A DNA stretch of 64,000 bases from Nitrosopumilaceae archaeon (GCA_965207375.1 OZ242274.1:832001-896000); one strand, 5' to 3'. Shown: positions 21,078 through 31,612, numbered from the stretch's first letter. Notes: generated by a model not told the origin, from the sequence alone. Numbers and translations: made by a program.

Positions 21078-21470
21078 TTAGATTTTGTCAGGCTTTATTG
21101 TTATTGTCTTACTGTTAGACAGCAGACTAGCAGAACGCAAAAAGACGGATTTGACGTTTTTACACCCTGTTTTGCATGACTCTTGCACATCTACTGGTTC
21201 TAAATGTCGTTTACTCCCAAATATTATCGTCTTTAATAGAGGCAACAATGCAGCCCTTCCACCATATGCTGTTGTCTCATCTACAAACCAGAACATCTCT
21301 AGTGCGCTCGAGTCTAAAACCTCACTGCGCAGTTTTTCTCCGAGTCCTGAATAATGACCTGTGAAAGTCATCTTGCCTCCTCCTAGCAGTTTTACGAGAC
21401 CTGCAAATTTAATGCAAAGATAGCACCTGTCATCGTATATGACAAGCGGCACAATATGGCTCAAATTCAT
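21078..21470 (-). CDS. DCC1/DUF393-like thiol-disulfide oxidoreductase
   Basis: IYDDRCYLC (DxxCxxC) motif. Confidence 0.7.
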   Translation of the reverse strand: MNLSHIVPLVIYDDRCYLCIKFAGLVKLLGGGKMTFTGHYSGLGEKLRSEVLDSSALEMFWFVDETTAYGGRAALLPLLKTIIFGSKRHLEPVDVQESCKTGCKNVKSVFLRSASLLSNSKTITIKPDKI

Positions 21471-21545
21471 ACTATTCTTGTACATCGATCAAATTAAAAT
21501 TTTCAGAAGTAGATTTTTATTCAATTTACAAAGAAATATCAACAA

Positions 21546-23213
21546 ATGGGGCTCAATTATTATCAAATTAAGCAAAATGTTCTTCGGGCTCGTAAACTAG
21601 TCATCAGAGGCACTACTGCTGCAAATTCTGGTCACCCTGGGGGTTCTTTTTCAATGGCAGAAATCATGGGGTGCCTGTTTTACAAGCATCTCAAAGTTGA
21701 TCCAAAAAATCCGCTTTGGCCTGATCGCGACAGGCTGGTCTTATCAAAAGGACATGCAGCACCTGGATTATTTTCAAACCTTGCAGTACGTGGATTTTTT
21801 GATGAATCAGAAATTCAAACGCTTAGAAAATTCCAAAGCCGATTGCAGGGTCATCCTGATCTGAAATGCCCTGGTGTTGAATTTTGTGGAGGCTCTTTGG
21901 GTATAGGACTGTCGTTTTCTATTGGCCTTGCACTAGCAGCCAAACTAGACAAAAAGGATTATCATGTGTATACTATACTTGGAGATGGCGAGTCCGATGA
22001 GGGACAAGTTTGGGAGGCTGCCATGACTGCTTCAAAATACAAAATAGACAACCTTACTGCAATTTTAGATAGGAATTTTATCCAGCAGGATTCTTACACC
22101 GAAAAAATCATGCCACTAGACGAAAAACTAGAAGGTGATGATCTCTCTGAGATGTGGAGGGATGCATCTAGATGGCGCACCGGGGAAAAATGGAGATCAT
22201 TTGGCTGGAATGTCCTAGAGGTAGACGGACATAGAATAGAACAGCTAGATGAGGCACTGACTAAGGCACGTGCAACAAAGGGTGTGCCATCCATAATTAT
22301 AGCACGAACCATAAAGGGAAAATCACTTGAACACATGGAGGACAATCCTGCATGGCACGGCAAGGCAGCAAGTCCTGATGTTGTACCTATAATCAATGAA
22401 GAGCTTGATTCCCAGTTTGTAATTGCACCATCAATTATTGCAGGAGATATGACCAATCTGGAAAACGAAATAAAACAATGTGTTAGGGGCCGTGCAGACT
22501 ATATTCATCTTGATGTGATGGATGGTAAATTCGTTGCAAACAAAACCTTTGATCACTTCAAAATTAAGGAATTAAGACCCCATACAGTCATTCCTTTTGA
22601 TACTCATCTTATGATAGACGAACCGCTAAAACATGTACGAGATTATGTTGAGGCAGGTAGTGACATCATTACGGTTCATGCAGAAACATGTGATGAATCC
22701 TCATTTGGTCAAATTCATGACATATTAAAACAAAACCAGGTCGGAGTAGGTCTTGCAATAAATCCTGACACTGAAATGCCTTTGTGGTCTCACAAATTCA
22801 TTTCTACCTTAGATCAGATTATTGTCATGTCTGTAGTACCTGGCAAGTCCGGACAAAAGTATATCGAATCAACACATGAAAAGATGGCACAGCTAAACGG
22901 GCTGCTCTCCCAGCATGATTTTGCAGGTGTTATCGAGGCTGATGGGGGTGTAAATCTTGAAAATATTGGCTCTTGCTTTGATGATGGAGCAAGAGCCTTT
23001 GTTGGAGGAAGCGCAATTATTGGCCAACAAGATGTTCGCAGTGCAATTTGTGAATTTAGAAACGAGGTGTTAAAGGCACGTAGAAAAAATCTCTTGACAA
23101 AGGCATCTAATTTGGGAGGTCCTGAACTTGTTTCCAAATGGATAAATCTTCATGAAATCGGTACCAAAAAAGAGCAATTAACAAAATTGGCGCAGGAGGC
23201 AGGACTGTCTTGA
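21546..23213 (+). CDS. Transketolase N-terminal subunit fused to ribulose-phosphate 3-epimerase
   Basis: SGHPGGS, LSKGH and GDGE..EG in the N-terminal part. IAPSI, HLDVMDG, DTHLM and EADGGVN in the C-terminal part. Confidence 0.92.
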   Translation: MGLNYYQIKQNVLRARKLVIRGTTAANSGHPGGSFSMAEIMGCLFYKHLKVDPKNPLWPDRDRLVLSKGHAAPGLFSNLAVRGFFDESEIQTLRKFQSRLQGHPDLKCPGVEFCGGSLGIGLSFSIGLALAAKLDKKDYHVYTILGDGESDEGQVWEAAMTASKYKIDNLTAILDRNFIQQDSYTEKIMPLDEKLEGDDLSEMWRDASRWRTGEKWRSFGWNVLEVDGHRIEQLDEALTKARATKGVPSIIIARTIKGKSLEHMEDNPAWHGKAASPDVVPIINEELDSQFVIAPSIIAGDMTNLENEIKQCVRGRADYIHLDVMDGKFVANKTFDHFKIKELRPHTVIPFDTHLMIDEPLKHVRDYVEAGSDIITVHAETCDESSFGQIHDILKQNQVGVGLAINPDTEMPLWSHKFISTLDQIIVMSVVPGKSGQKYIESTHEKMAQLNGLLSQHDFAGVIEADGGVNLENIGSCFDDGARAFVGGSAIIGQQDVRSAICEFRNEVLKARRKNLLTKASNLGGPELVSKWINLHEIGTKKEQLTKLAQEAGLS

Positions 23214-24178
23214 GCGAATCTGTATCTGACATGCGTACCGAATACAGCAAAGCCCTTGTTTCATTGGGAAAAGAAAATTCCCAAATCGTGGTTTTGGGTG
23301 CAGATACTACGGGTTCACTCAAGACTGCCGGTTTTGGAAAACAGTTCCCTGACAGATTTTTCAATGTTGGCATTGCCGAGGCAAACCTAGTTTCTGTTTC
23401 TGCTGGCATGGCAATTTCTGGCAAAATTCCCTTTGCTAGCACATATGCAATATTTCTTCCCGGCAGAGCAGTAGATCAAATCAGAAACTCTGTTGCCTAT
23501 CCTACTAGGGGAGACAAAAGAGGTCTAAATGTAAAACTGGTAGTTTCTCATGGTGGTCTGTCTGTGGGTGCAGACGGCGGCTCTCATCAGCAAATAGAAG
23601 ACATTGCTATCATGCGGGTTATTCCAAACATGAAGGTGTTGATTCCTGCAGACGGCATGGCAGTCTCAAAACTAACCAAAATAATTTCCCAACAATACGG
23701 ACCGTTCTACATGAGAATGGCCCGCTCTCCGACACCTGTAGTTTATTCTGATTCCCAAGAGTTTGAAATTGGCAAGGGTATCACATTGCGTGACGGCAAT
23801 GACTGTACCATTGCTGCATGTGGAATTACTGTACACATGGCATTGCAGGCAGCAGACATTTTACAGCAGGAGGGAATTTCCTGTAGGGTTTTAGATATAT
23901 TTTCAATAAAGCCACTTGATGTTGATTTGCTAGAATCTGCTGCAAGACAAACAGGATGTATTGTTACGTGTGAGGAACACAATATTGTTGGCGGCATGGG
24001 TTCAGCAGTTGCAGAGGCAGTATCTGAAAGATATCCCGTACCTGTGCGAAGAATAGGGGCTATGGACCAGTTTGGAGAATCTGCCCGTGATGCAGAGATT
24101 GGACTATTATTAGAAAAACATGGAATAACATCTATTAATATAGCAAAGACGGTCAGAGAACTTGGTGCAAAGACATGA
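23210..24178 (+). CDS. Transketolase C-terminal subunit
   Basis: FNVGIAEAN, DGGSHQ and EEH..GG.G motifs. Confidence 0.93.
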   Translation: MSESVSDMRTEYSKALVSLGKENSQIVVLGADTTGSLKTAGFGKQFPDRFFNVGIAEANLVSVSAGMAISGKIPFASTYAIFLPGRAVDQIRNSVAYPTRGDKRGLNVKLVVSHGGLSVGADGGSHQQIEDIAIMRVIPNMKVLIPADGMAVSKLTKIISQQYGPFYMRMARSPTPVVYSDSQEFEIGKGITLRDGNDCTIAACGITVHMALQAADILQQEGISCRVLDIFSIKPLDVDLLESAARQTGCIVTCEEHNIVGGMGSAVAEAVSERYPVPVRRIGAMDQFGESARDAEIGLLLEKHGITSINIAKTVRELGAKT

Positions 24179-24828
24179 AAATTTTTCTAGATACTGCAAA
24201 TTTAGACTCTATTAAAAAATTCAACGACATGGGACTGTTGGATGGAATTACCACAAATCCTAGTCTGTTATACAAAGAAGGCGGAGACCCACGCTCGTAT
24301 ATGAAAGAAATAACTAGCATCATCAAGGGGGATGTGAGTCTTGAAGTTGTAGGTACTGATTATGAGAAAATGTTAGAAGAAGCTTACCGCCTTAGGGATT
24401 ATGGTGACAATGTTGTAGTCAAGGTCCCAATGACTCCTGATGGATTAAGAGCCTGCAAGACACTTTCATCTAAAGCAATTCCTGTCAATGTAACCTTGGT
24501 GTTTTCACCAAATCAGGCAATCCTTGCTGCAAAGTCTGGCGCAAAATATGTCAGTCCATTTATTGGACGCCTAGATGATATTGGACATACAGGAATGGAA
24601 TTAATTGGCGAAATTAAAAACATATTTTCCAACTATGATTTTAAGACTCAAATTCTAGTTGCAAGTATAAGACATCCGCAACACGTAGTTGATGCAGGCA
24701 AAATCGGTGCAGACGTTGTGACCCTGCCTCCTGCCGTTTTAGATAAAATGCTCAAACACCCATTAACTGATATTGGATTGGCTAACTTTTTAGCTGACTG
24801 GAAGAAACTTGTTGGTGCCAAAGAGTAA
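24175..24828 (+). CDS. tal: Transaldolase (short TalC/Fsa type)
   Basis: FLDTAN, GITTNPSL, VVKVP and YVSPFIGR motifs. Confidence 0.92.
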   Translation: MKIFLDTANLDSIKKFNDMGLLDGITTNPSLLYKEGGDPRSYMKEITSIIKGDVSLEVVGTDYEKMLEEAYRLRDYGDNVVVKVPMTPDGLRACKTLSSKAIPVNVTLVFSPNQAILAAKSGAKYVSPFIGRLDDIGHTGMELIGEIKNIFSNYDFKTQILVASIRHPQHVVDAGKIGADVVTLPPAVLDKMLKHPLTDIGLANFLADWKKLVGAKE

Positions 24829-25039
24829 TTTAGTAACACTTTGACTTTAAGTTGCGTGTATAAAAAATGTCAAATCTATGATTTTTACATTTAATTCAGG
24901 CATAGCACTTGTGCAATAGATCAGTTGCCATATATTGTATATTTGATTAAAAATCACCAAAATTTTCATACAATCTTTTAGTTATTTCCTGTTAGAGATT
25001 AAATATGTTATATCAATGATATCATTATGGAAATAGGAG

Positions 25040-25291
25040 ATGAACAATAAATTGCCCACAGCTTATGTTCTGATAAACTGTGAGCTTGGTTCTGAAGAGT
25101 TTGTTATTTCAGAATTAAAATCAATAGACGGAGTTGTCGAGGTTCATGGCACCTTTGGTGCATATGACATACTTGCAAAAATAACATCTGATCAGGTTGA
25201 AAAACTTCGAGAAACAATTACTTGGAAGGTCAGAAAAATCTCAAAGATTCGCTCAACACTGACTCTGATGGGCATTGAGGGACAGGGATAA
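25040..25291 (+). CDS. Standalone Lrp/AsnC ligand-binding (RAM) domain protein
   Basis: AYVLINCELG...VHGTFGAYD pattern. Confidence 0.85.
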   Translation: MNNKLPTAYVLINCELGSEEFVISELKSIDGVVEVHGTFGAYDILAKITSDQVEKLRETITWKVRKISKIRSTLTLMGIEGQG

Positions 25292-25305
25292 CCGAAGGTG
25301 TTTTT

Positions 25306-25827
25306 TTGCCACGCGCCTATGTTCTGATAAACTGTGAGCTCGGCTCTGAGAAATCACTAATATCAAAACTATACGACATTGAATCCGTAAAAGAGGTTCA
25401 TGGAACTTTGGGAATGTATGACATTGTAGCAAGGTTGGAATCTGATTCTGATGAATCCATCAACTGTACTGTAACTGAAATAAGAAAACTCTCTGACATC
25501 AACTCTACTATGACATTGACTCGTTCTGAGGGTCAAGAACTCTTCATTCCTAATCCAGACAAACCGGCAGATTCTCTGTTGGGACAGAATTTGCAGGCAT
25601 ATGTTGTGATTCACTGTGATCAAAGCAAGGAATATGGAATTTTGCGTAAACTAAGCTATATTCCCCAAGTAAAGGAGGCAGATGCCGTCTTTGGTTTTTA
25701 TGATGTCATGTGCAAGATAGAGGCCCCTAGTTATCGTGATCTAGAAAAGATCATCACCAAAGATGTTAGAAATTTGGAGCATGTTAGAACCACCATGACT
25801 CTTAATGTCATAGCAGAGCAAGAATAG
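25306..25827 (+). CDS. Tandem double Lrp/AsnC ligand-binding domain protein
   Basis: Two RAM repeats. The 5' end is closely similar to the preceding gene (tatgttctgataaactgtgagct in both). Confidence 0.85.
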   Translation: MPRAYVLINCELGSEKSLISKLYDIESVKEVHGTLGMYDIVARLESDSDESINCTVTEIRKLSDINSTMTLTRSEGQELFIPNPDKPADSLLGQNLQAYVVIHCDQSKEYGILRKLSYIPQVKEADAVFGFYDVMCKIEAPSYRDLEKIITKDVRNLEHVRTTMTLNVIAEQE

Positions 25828-26004
25828 CTTTTGTGCTTTTATACTGATTTTACAATTATATAGAATCCCTTCGACTAGACGATTCTCCAAAGGAATCAAA
25901 CACACTGTAAGGGGACATTTTGAACCCTTACAGTTCCTACCTCCTAGATCGTGGTTATATCATAATACGTGATTCTTTTTAATGAAATTGCACCCATTTT
26001 TGAT

Positions 26005-26175
26005 ATGAAAAGTGATGAAAGGCGTTCACACAGACTGAATCATCTCTTGAAATTCTATCTGAGCCATCCACACGAATCCGATCTGTTTGTGCGTGCAAAA
26101 CAAATGGGGATATCTGATTCTACTGCCAAAGACTATATGAGAACCGTAATCATTCAGGCTAGGCGCATGCACTAG
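26005..26175 (+). CDS. Small helical hypothetical protein
   Basis: MKSDERRSHRLNHLL...QMGISDSTAKDY, HTH-like. Confidence 0.55.
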   Translation: MKSDERRSHRLNHLLKFYLSHPHESDLFVRAKQMGISDSTAKDYMRTVIIQARRMH

Positions 26176-26244
26176 TCATTTTGGTCCTTTTCTCAGAAAT
26201 ATTAAACAAGGTGTTCTCATAAACTAATTTGGTGTTGAATATAC

Positions 26245-26901
26245 ATGCATGATGCCTTGCTTGACGACGTTGATGCGCTATTACTCAAGGATGTAGGTGA
26301 TAAGCGTATATTGCAGCAGATCAAACGTGCAGCCGAAAACAATGAGGTAATCTCAATCAATGAGCGCAACTATGTTGCCAATCTAAAATCCCAGTACCTT
26401 GATAAACAACCACCGTCTACAGTTTTATCTGCCACAAATGCAGCATCACAACCTTCTGTACCAAAGACACTGTTTGCCCCGCCCCGACTAGAACCGGTGC
26501 ACCGAAAAAACCCACACAAAACAAAAATCATTGTAGCAATTGCAGGTGTTGCATTAATTGCCATTTTGGCAGCAGGGGTGTCCCTTTCTGATACTGATGG
26601 ACCAGGTCCCTTACCAGTGTCTGATTTTGCGTTATCCACAGATGAATCATCGTATACACTAGGAGATATTATCTCAATATATGGGTCCTCTGACATTGAA
26701 TTGGGCAGCAGTGCAACTCTATCTATACAAAACTCTGCCAACGATTTAATATGGACAGAAAACATTAGTCTGAAATCTGATGGAACCTTTTCCACGCTTG
26801 CCATAGCAGGCGGCACAGGTTGGGAAAATTCTGGAACCTATACTCTGATCATACAACACGGCAATCAAACCAAGGACTCTAGCTTTACCTTCACTGGCTA
26901 A
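26245..26901 (+). CDS. Single-TM protein with extracellular Ig-like domain
   Basis: Central transmembrane helix. TDESSYTLGDIISIYG...GTYTL is a thaumarchaeal Ig-like pattern. Confidence 0.7.
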   Translation: MHDALLDDVDALLLKDVGDKRILQQIKRAAENNEVISINERNYVANLKSQYLDKQPPSTVLSATNAASQPSVPKTLFAPPRLEPVHRKNPHKTKIIVAIAGVALIAILAAGVSLSDTDGPGPLPVSDFALSTDESSYTLGDIISIYGSSDIELGSSATLSIQNSANDLIWTENISLKSDGTFSTLAIAGGTGWENSGTYTLIIQHGNQTKDSSFTFTG

Positions 26902-27244
26902 TCTTCAAACTTGGTCCAATGGTAATTGTTTCGCTTTTTGAAGCTTCTGCCTAGTTATATACCTCCGATTTGCTTGCCAAGGAATTCATACCTGCTGATC
27001 TAATTTTCTATACCTTCTATCTAAAACATGCATGCCTAAAACATTCCAATTTATCACAGCTTACACTAGGAATATCTTGTCATACATTTGGCAACAATGC
27101 AACTAGGCAGACCGTCTTTTTTTTTTGGCATCAGCATAAATGTAACGTAACCATTGTAGCAGGTGTACTGTATCTGTATCCTCGGAATGTTTTTCAGATA
27201 TGTCAGATGAGCATTTCCGTTTGTATCCATGTCATGACATGGCA

Positions 27245-28417
27245 TCACATTGCCGTAGCGTCGTATCTGGAATCCAAAACCGTATAGTTGCCAAATGATG
27301 ACATTCTTCTATTCAGATTACCATCACCTCCAATCAATTCTAGATCCGATGTTGATGGAATGTCATGCTTTGTGTTGACTGCGGCCCTCGCAAGACATTG
27401 TGATGCACGTTCCATCTTTGGCCAGTAGTTAGCAGGATCCTTGCCGTATTGTTCGGCGTATGTTGCCGCAAGGCACACCCATGCCTGTACATTGTACGGC
27501 TCTACCACTGTCAGAACCTTCAAGATTTTTTGGGCACCGTCAAAATTCCAGTTATCAAGATGTATCTTGGCCTTGGCTTGCAGTGCAATGGCCAGTTTTG
27601 GATCTTTTTTTAGCGCCTTGTCCAGATGTTTTGTAACCAGTTCGCGGTAGCTTGCATACTTGCTTTTTTCATTTTGCATCATGGATATCCCGATCATGGC
27701 ATGCACGTTTGCAAAGTTCTTGTCAATCTTGGCGGTATGCTCAAAATATACAATGGCCATATCATAATTACCCCTGTGAAACCATGCCCGGCCCAAATTA
27801 TAGAATGTGCGATACTGCTTGTCTCCAAACTCGATTGCTTTTTTACCGTGCTTGATAGACCTTATGAGCAAGTCCTTATCGGCATGGTCATACCGTTCAA
27901 ACTTTGTGTATAACATGTTGGCAGCCTCGCAGTGGTTTAGCATGTTATACGGATCTACACTACATGCCTGCTGTATCCACATTACCGACTCTTCAAACAG
28001 ATCGGCACATCCTTTGACAGATAAATTATACATGACTATTGCCCTGTATCTGTACACATCACCTGCAAAGGCTCCTGCCCTCTGTGCATCATCTATGAAT
28101 CTCAGGGATTTCTCTGTATCGCGTACATGCATGTACTGCAATGCCCTCAGTAGCATCATGTCTGGAGATGCATCCTCTGGATCCCAGATTTGTTCTATGC
28201 ACGCTATGGACTCTTGCCATTTTCCCATGCACTCAAGCAAATGAGTCTTCATATAGTAAGCCTGCACATCGTGCCTGTTGTTCTTTATGTAACGGGTTAT
28301 GCACTTGAGTGCGGTGTCAAATCTATTCTCCTTGTAGTGTATGAGTGACTCGTCAAATTGATTTATCGCGGGTCGCTTTCCTATGTGGTTGATGAATCCC
28401 TCTTGTTTTTGTCTCAT
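27245..28417 (-). CDS. Tetratricopeptide-repeat protein
   Basis: Repeated TPR patterns, e.g. FYNLGRAWFHRGNYDMAIVYFE, ALKKDP and EPYNVQAW. Confidence 0.85.
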   Translation of the reverse strand: MRQKQEGFINHIGKRPAINQFDESLIHYKENRFDTALKCITRYIKNNRHDVQAYYMKTHLLECMGKWQESIACIEQIWDPEDASPDMMLLRALQYMHVRDTEKSLRFIDDAQRAGAFAGDVYRYRAIVMYNLSVKGCADLFEESVMWIQQACSVDPYNMLNHCEAANMLYTKFERYDHADKDLLIRSIKHGKKAIEFGDKQYRTFYNLGRAWFHRGNYDMAIVYFEHTAKIDKNFANVHAMIGISMMQNEKSKYASYRELVTKHLDKALKKDPKLAIALQAKAKIHLDNWNFDGAQKILKVLTVVEPYNVQAWVCLAATYAEQYGKDPANYWPKMERASQCLARAAVNTKHDIPSTSDLELIGGDGNLNRRMSSFGNYTVLDSRYDATAM

Positions 28418-28499
28418 TGCTAGTACTTTACCTAGATAAAACTATATAATTTTCTATGTACCATTATGGTATAAAATTGTCATGAACTGAATGGTCTGT

Positions 28500-28998
28500 C
28501 GCATAACCCCCTACGACTTGATCCGAGTATCGAGTTGGCGATGACTTTGCCACATACACTTGGTACGGACCTCGCTAGAAGGAACCGATCATCAATGCAG
28601 AAAATCTACTCAAACAGGCAACAGTTCGTGTAGGAAAGATACCTACAGAATTTGTAAGCGATGCCCTACCATCATATGCACAGGCATTTGAATCAGTGTA
28701 TGCTGCACCAAACGCGATACATCAACATTGCACACACATATCAAATGCAGGTATAGCCAAAAAGAACAACAACAATGTCCAGGAAAGGTTCAACGGAACA
28801 TTACGTGCTATACAACGGCCCAGACGCGGCATTAAAAGTAAAAATTTGGCAATATTTGCAGGATGTGATATTTATTATAATTTCATGCGGTGTCACTCAA
28901 GTCTTGGAGGCAGGACACCTGTAGATGCTGCAGGTATAACCATATACGGACAAAAATGGAGGACAGTAATATCAAACGCTGCATTATACATACAATAA
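28500..28998 (+). pseudogene. IS6-like DDE transposase fragment
   Basis: FVSDALPSYAQAF upstream in frame, then NNVQERFNGTLR and YYNFMRCHSSLGGRTP. N-terminus missing. Confidence 0.7.
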
Positions 28999-29092
28999 AC
29001 TCTACTGCCAAAGTTACATGTGATCAAACAGTGGCAACTCAGAAGATTCTGTTCTGCTAATATGTGATTGCTCTGCTTGTACGGGCAGTAAT

Positions 29093-29695
29093 CTAGGCCA
29101 CGGGTAATCTGGAGAAAATTTGTATATTGACTTTTACCAACAGACAATGCTGAAGAATCGTAATTTGTCCACCTTTATCTCCTCCATAAACTCCCTGTAC
29201 ACAATGTACTTTTTTTGTGTCCAGGTCATTTCCGTAAATGTCCTTTATAATGTGTGGAATCGAGTTGTTTTTCCACTGGTTCATTTCAAATAACCAAACA
29301 GATGCATCTGGATTTGAAAAATCTATATCGCCACATCCTATGCTGTATACGTAGCATTTTGTTGTCCTGTTTAGCTTTTCATGCAACTGCTCGTAGGCAA
29401 TCATCTGTCCTATTGGAAGATTTATTTTGTCATTATGGAATCCCTTAAACTCTAAAATAACAAAGCAGCCGTTGTGCTCAATCATTCAATCAATGTCTGT
29501 GCCTCCCGAAGCTACCATTCCGTGCACTATGAGGTCTCCTAGAACTTGGCGACCTCTTGCAAATTCATCCTCATCTGAAATTGTATATTTTGCCCTAGTT
29601 GTCGTCTTGTCTTGGCTGATTTGTGGCCTTGAAATATTTTGTGCGTTGTAAAAAGAACCAATTACATCTTTTATCATAAAAACACTAGATGGCAA
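29093..29695 (-). pseudogene. PD-(D/E)xK nuclease-like gene split by an in-frame TGA
   Basis: The two ORFs are contiguous and in frame: GGTDID*MIEHNGCFVILEFK. Confidence 0.6.
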
Positions 29696-29746
29696 TTGGC
29701 ATTAAAGGCAGGTTGTAAAATTTTACGTAACTTTGGCAAATTTTTC

Positions 29747-29965
29747 TTACCTGCTTTGGCATTCTCCACTAGAATTCCTGTATAAAACAAAATATTCGTT
29801 TTGATTTTTGCGTGATTTTTTGCCATTTAATGCATCCTGATACATGTCATAATGTTTTATCAGATACAGCTGTTTTGTATCGGCTGAAAAATAATCAATT
29901 GCTACAAGATTAAATCCACTCTCAGGAGTCATTTTGATTTTTTCCTGTTCTAAAATTTCATCCAT
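29747..29965 (-). CDS. Small conserved hypothetical protein
   Basis: 72-aa ORF 5 nt downstream of tbp. Confidence 0.65.
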   Translation of the reverse strand: MDEILEQEKIKMTPESGFNLVAIDYFSADTKQLYLIKHYDMYQDALNGKKSRKNQNEYFVLYRNSSGECQSR

Positions 29966-29970
29966 GATAC

Positions 29971-30534
29971 CTATTCGTTGTATACCATTAGATTTTTTTC
30001 TTCTAAAAGTGCATGCAGGTTATGGACTGAGCGATACACATCAGTTTCTTTTTTTGCACCCGTACAGACTAGTTTTCCGGATGCGAAAATCAAAATCACC
30101 GTCTTAGGATCTAGCATCCTGTGAATCAGACCTGGAAACTGTTCTGGTTCGTACATGCTTCTTGGAAGTATTCTTGCAGCCTTTTCTAGATGTATCTTTC
30201 CTCCTAGGTTGATTGCAGCAACAATGTTTTGAACCACTACAACTGCATCCTTTTTGATTTTTATCTTGTTTTTTCGTAGCTTTTGAACCACTGTTCTGAC
30301 TGCCTTGATTGCCATGTCCTCTGATTTTGCCCCTGTACATACCATTTTACCGGTTCGAAAAATCAACGTTGCAGTCCGCGGCGATTCTAATCTAAACACC
30401 AATCCTGGAAATTGTTCTGGGTGATATTCTGTATCTGGGAATTTTTTGGTGACCTCATTTAGATCGATTTTTTGGTCTACTGATGCTGAGGCAACCACGT
30501 TTTCAACACTGACTACGGGTTTTGTTTGTGGCAT
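29971..30534 (-). CDS. tbp: TATA-box binding protein
   Basis: Two repeats, ENVVAS...YHPEQFPGL and QNIVAA...YEPEQFPGL. Confidence 0.97.
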   Translation of the reverse strand: MPQTKPVVSVENVVASASVDQKIDLNEVTKKFPDTEYHPEQFPGLVFRLESPRTATLIFRTGKMVCTGAKSEDMAIKAVRTVVQKLRKNKIKIKKDAVVVVQNIVAAINLGGKIHLEKAARILPRSMYEPEQFPGLIHRMLDPKTVILIFASGKLVCTGAKKETDVYRSVHNLHALLEEKNLMVYNE

Positions 30535-30753
30535 TGCGTGCTTTTTTAAATACCTACTTATATGTACTCGTGTTTTTTGCCGTTTACTGCGTTTTACGTC
30601 TTTTGTATCTCATGGTATATCATAGGGGAGATTCGGCGTATCTGAATACATGATTTTGGGTACAGGCACCACCTGTCACGCTTGACCTTGTTCTCTGCAA
30701 TATCTGGTGTGGTCTAGATCTTGCCGAGGGATGCCAGGTATGCATGACACTTG

Positions 30754-31130
30754 TCATTTGTAGTATTTGCGCTCACAACCTATTCCGTCCTTATTCAAAT
30801 CAAATCCATACGGATCAGGCTGGATTACTGTAAAATCTCTTTGCTTTATTTCGATACAGTCAAGGTCTGGCCATCCTCCGACACAGATGTCAGGATATAA
30901 TTCATAATAATGACAGTCAGCTATTATGATAACAGTCTCATCAAGATCTTGGCCTACTGCCTCTGATATATCCACGTTGAACTAGTTTCTTAACTGATTC
31001 AGGGAACACCTGTACTATATCCAATCTAAAATTATACATTTTCTCATATTCTGTATCAGCATATGTCCAAGGAATTAAAATCAGAAAAATAAAAGAAGGG
31101 ATTAAAAATTCCAATCCAAACCACCAAAAT
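30754..31130 (-). pseudogene. Frameshifted secreted protein with C-terminal excalibur-like Ca-binding domain
   Basis: Pieces in different frames: LIPSFIFLILIPWTYAD, VFPESVKKLVQRGY, and YPDICV...DLDC...DPYGFDLNKDGIGCE. Confidence 0.55.
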
Positions 31131-31557
31131 ATACCGGAACATACTTTTGATTGCTAAAGTATGATATCGATGATCCCTGTTTTGCACTGTTAATTCCTAC
31201 TAGCGATGAGCCAGACATTACAGTACCCGGCATTGAATTTTCATTACCTAAACCATTTGGAAACAGTGTATCTGAAAGCATGTCTCGTTTTACTATTGCA
31301 AGATTTTCTCTTTGTATGTCTGTGTTATTCACATACCATTGGATAAGATCTTTCTCTAGTTCTAATGGAATCTGAGTGTAACTAGGCTTGTTTTTGATGT
31401 TTTCTAATCCTGTATTTCCAATATGTTTTGTCTCATTATTTGGCAAATATGGATTGTCATCTTTATTTTGTATCTCCTCATTTGTGTTTTGTGCAAAAAT
31501 CATTCTTATAGGAACTAACAATATCCGAATTATCCATTGAATGTTTTTAGATTTCAT
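31102..31557 (-). CDS. Secreted orphan protein (possibly truncated)
   Basis: Signal-peptide-like N-terminus ending IFAQ, AT-rich, TATA 21 nt upstream of the ATG. Confidence 0.55.
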   Translation of the reverse strand: MKSKNIQWIIRILLVPIRMIFAQNTNEEIQNKDDNPYLPNNETKHIGNTGLENIKNKPSYTQIPLELEKDLIQWYVNNTDIQRENLAIVKRDMLSDTLFPNGLGNENSMPGTVMSGSSLVGINSAKQGSSISYFSNQKYVPVYFGGLDWNF

Positions 31558-31578
31558 TATTTGTACTATGATTCTTTG

Positions 31579-31612
31579 TTATAAAACAGTTGATATTATA
31601 TTGCGGCATGCC
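31579..31612 (-). promoter_or_regulatory. TATA box with conserved upstream motif GGCATGCCGCAA (site 2)
   Basis: TATA 31579-31586, 14-nt spacer, motif 31601-31612. Confidence 0.7.
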
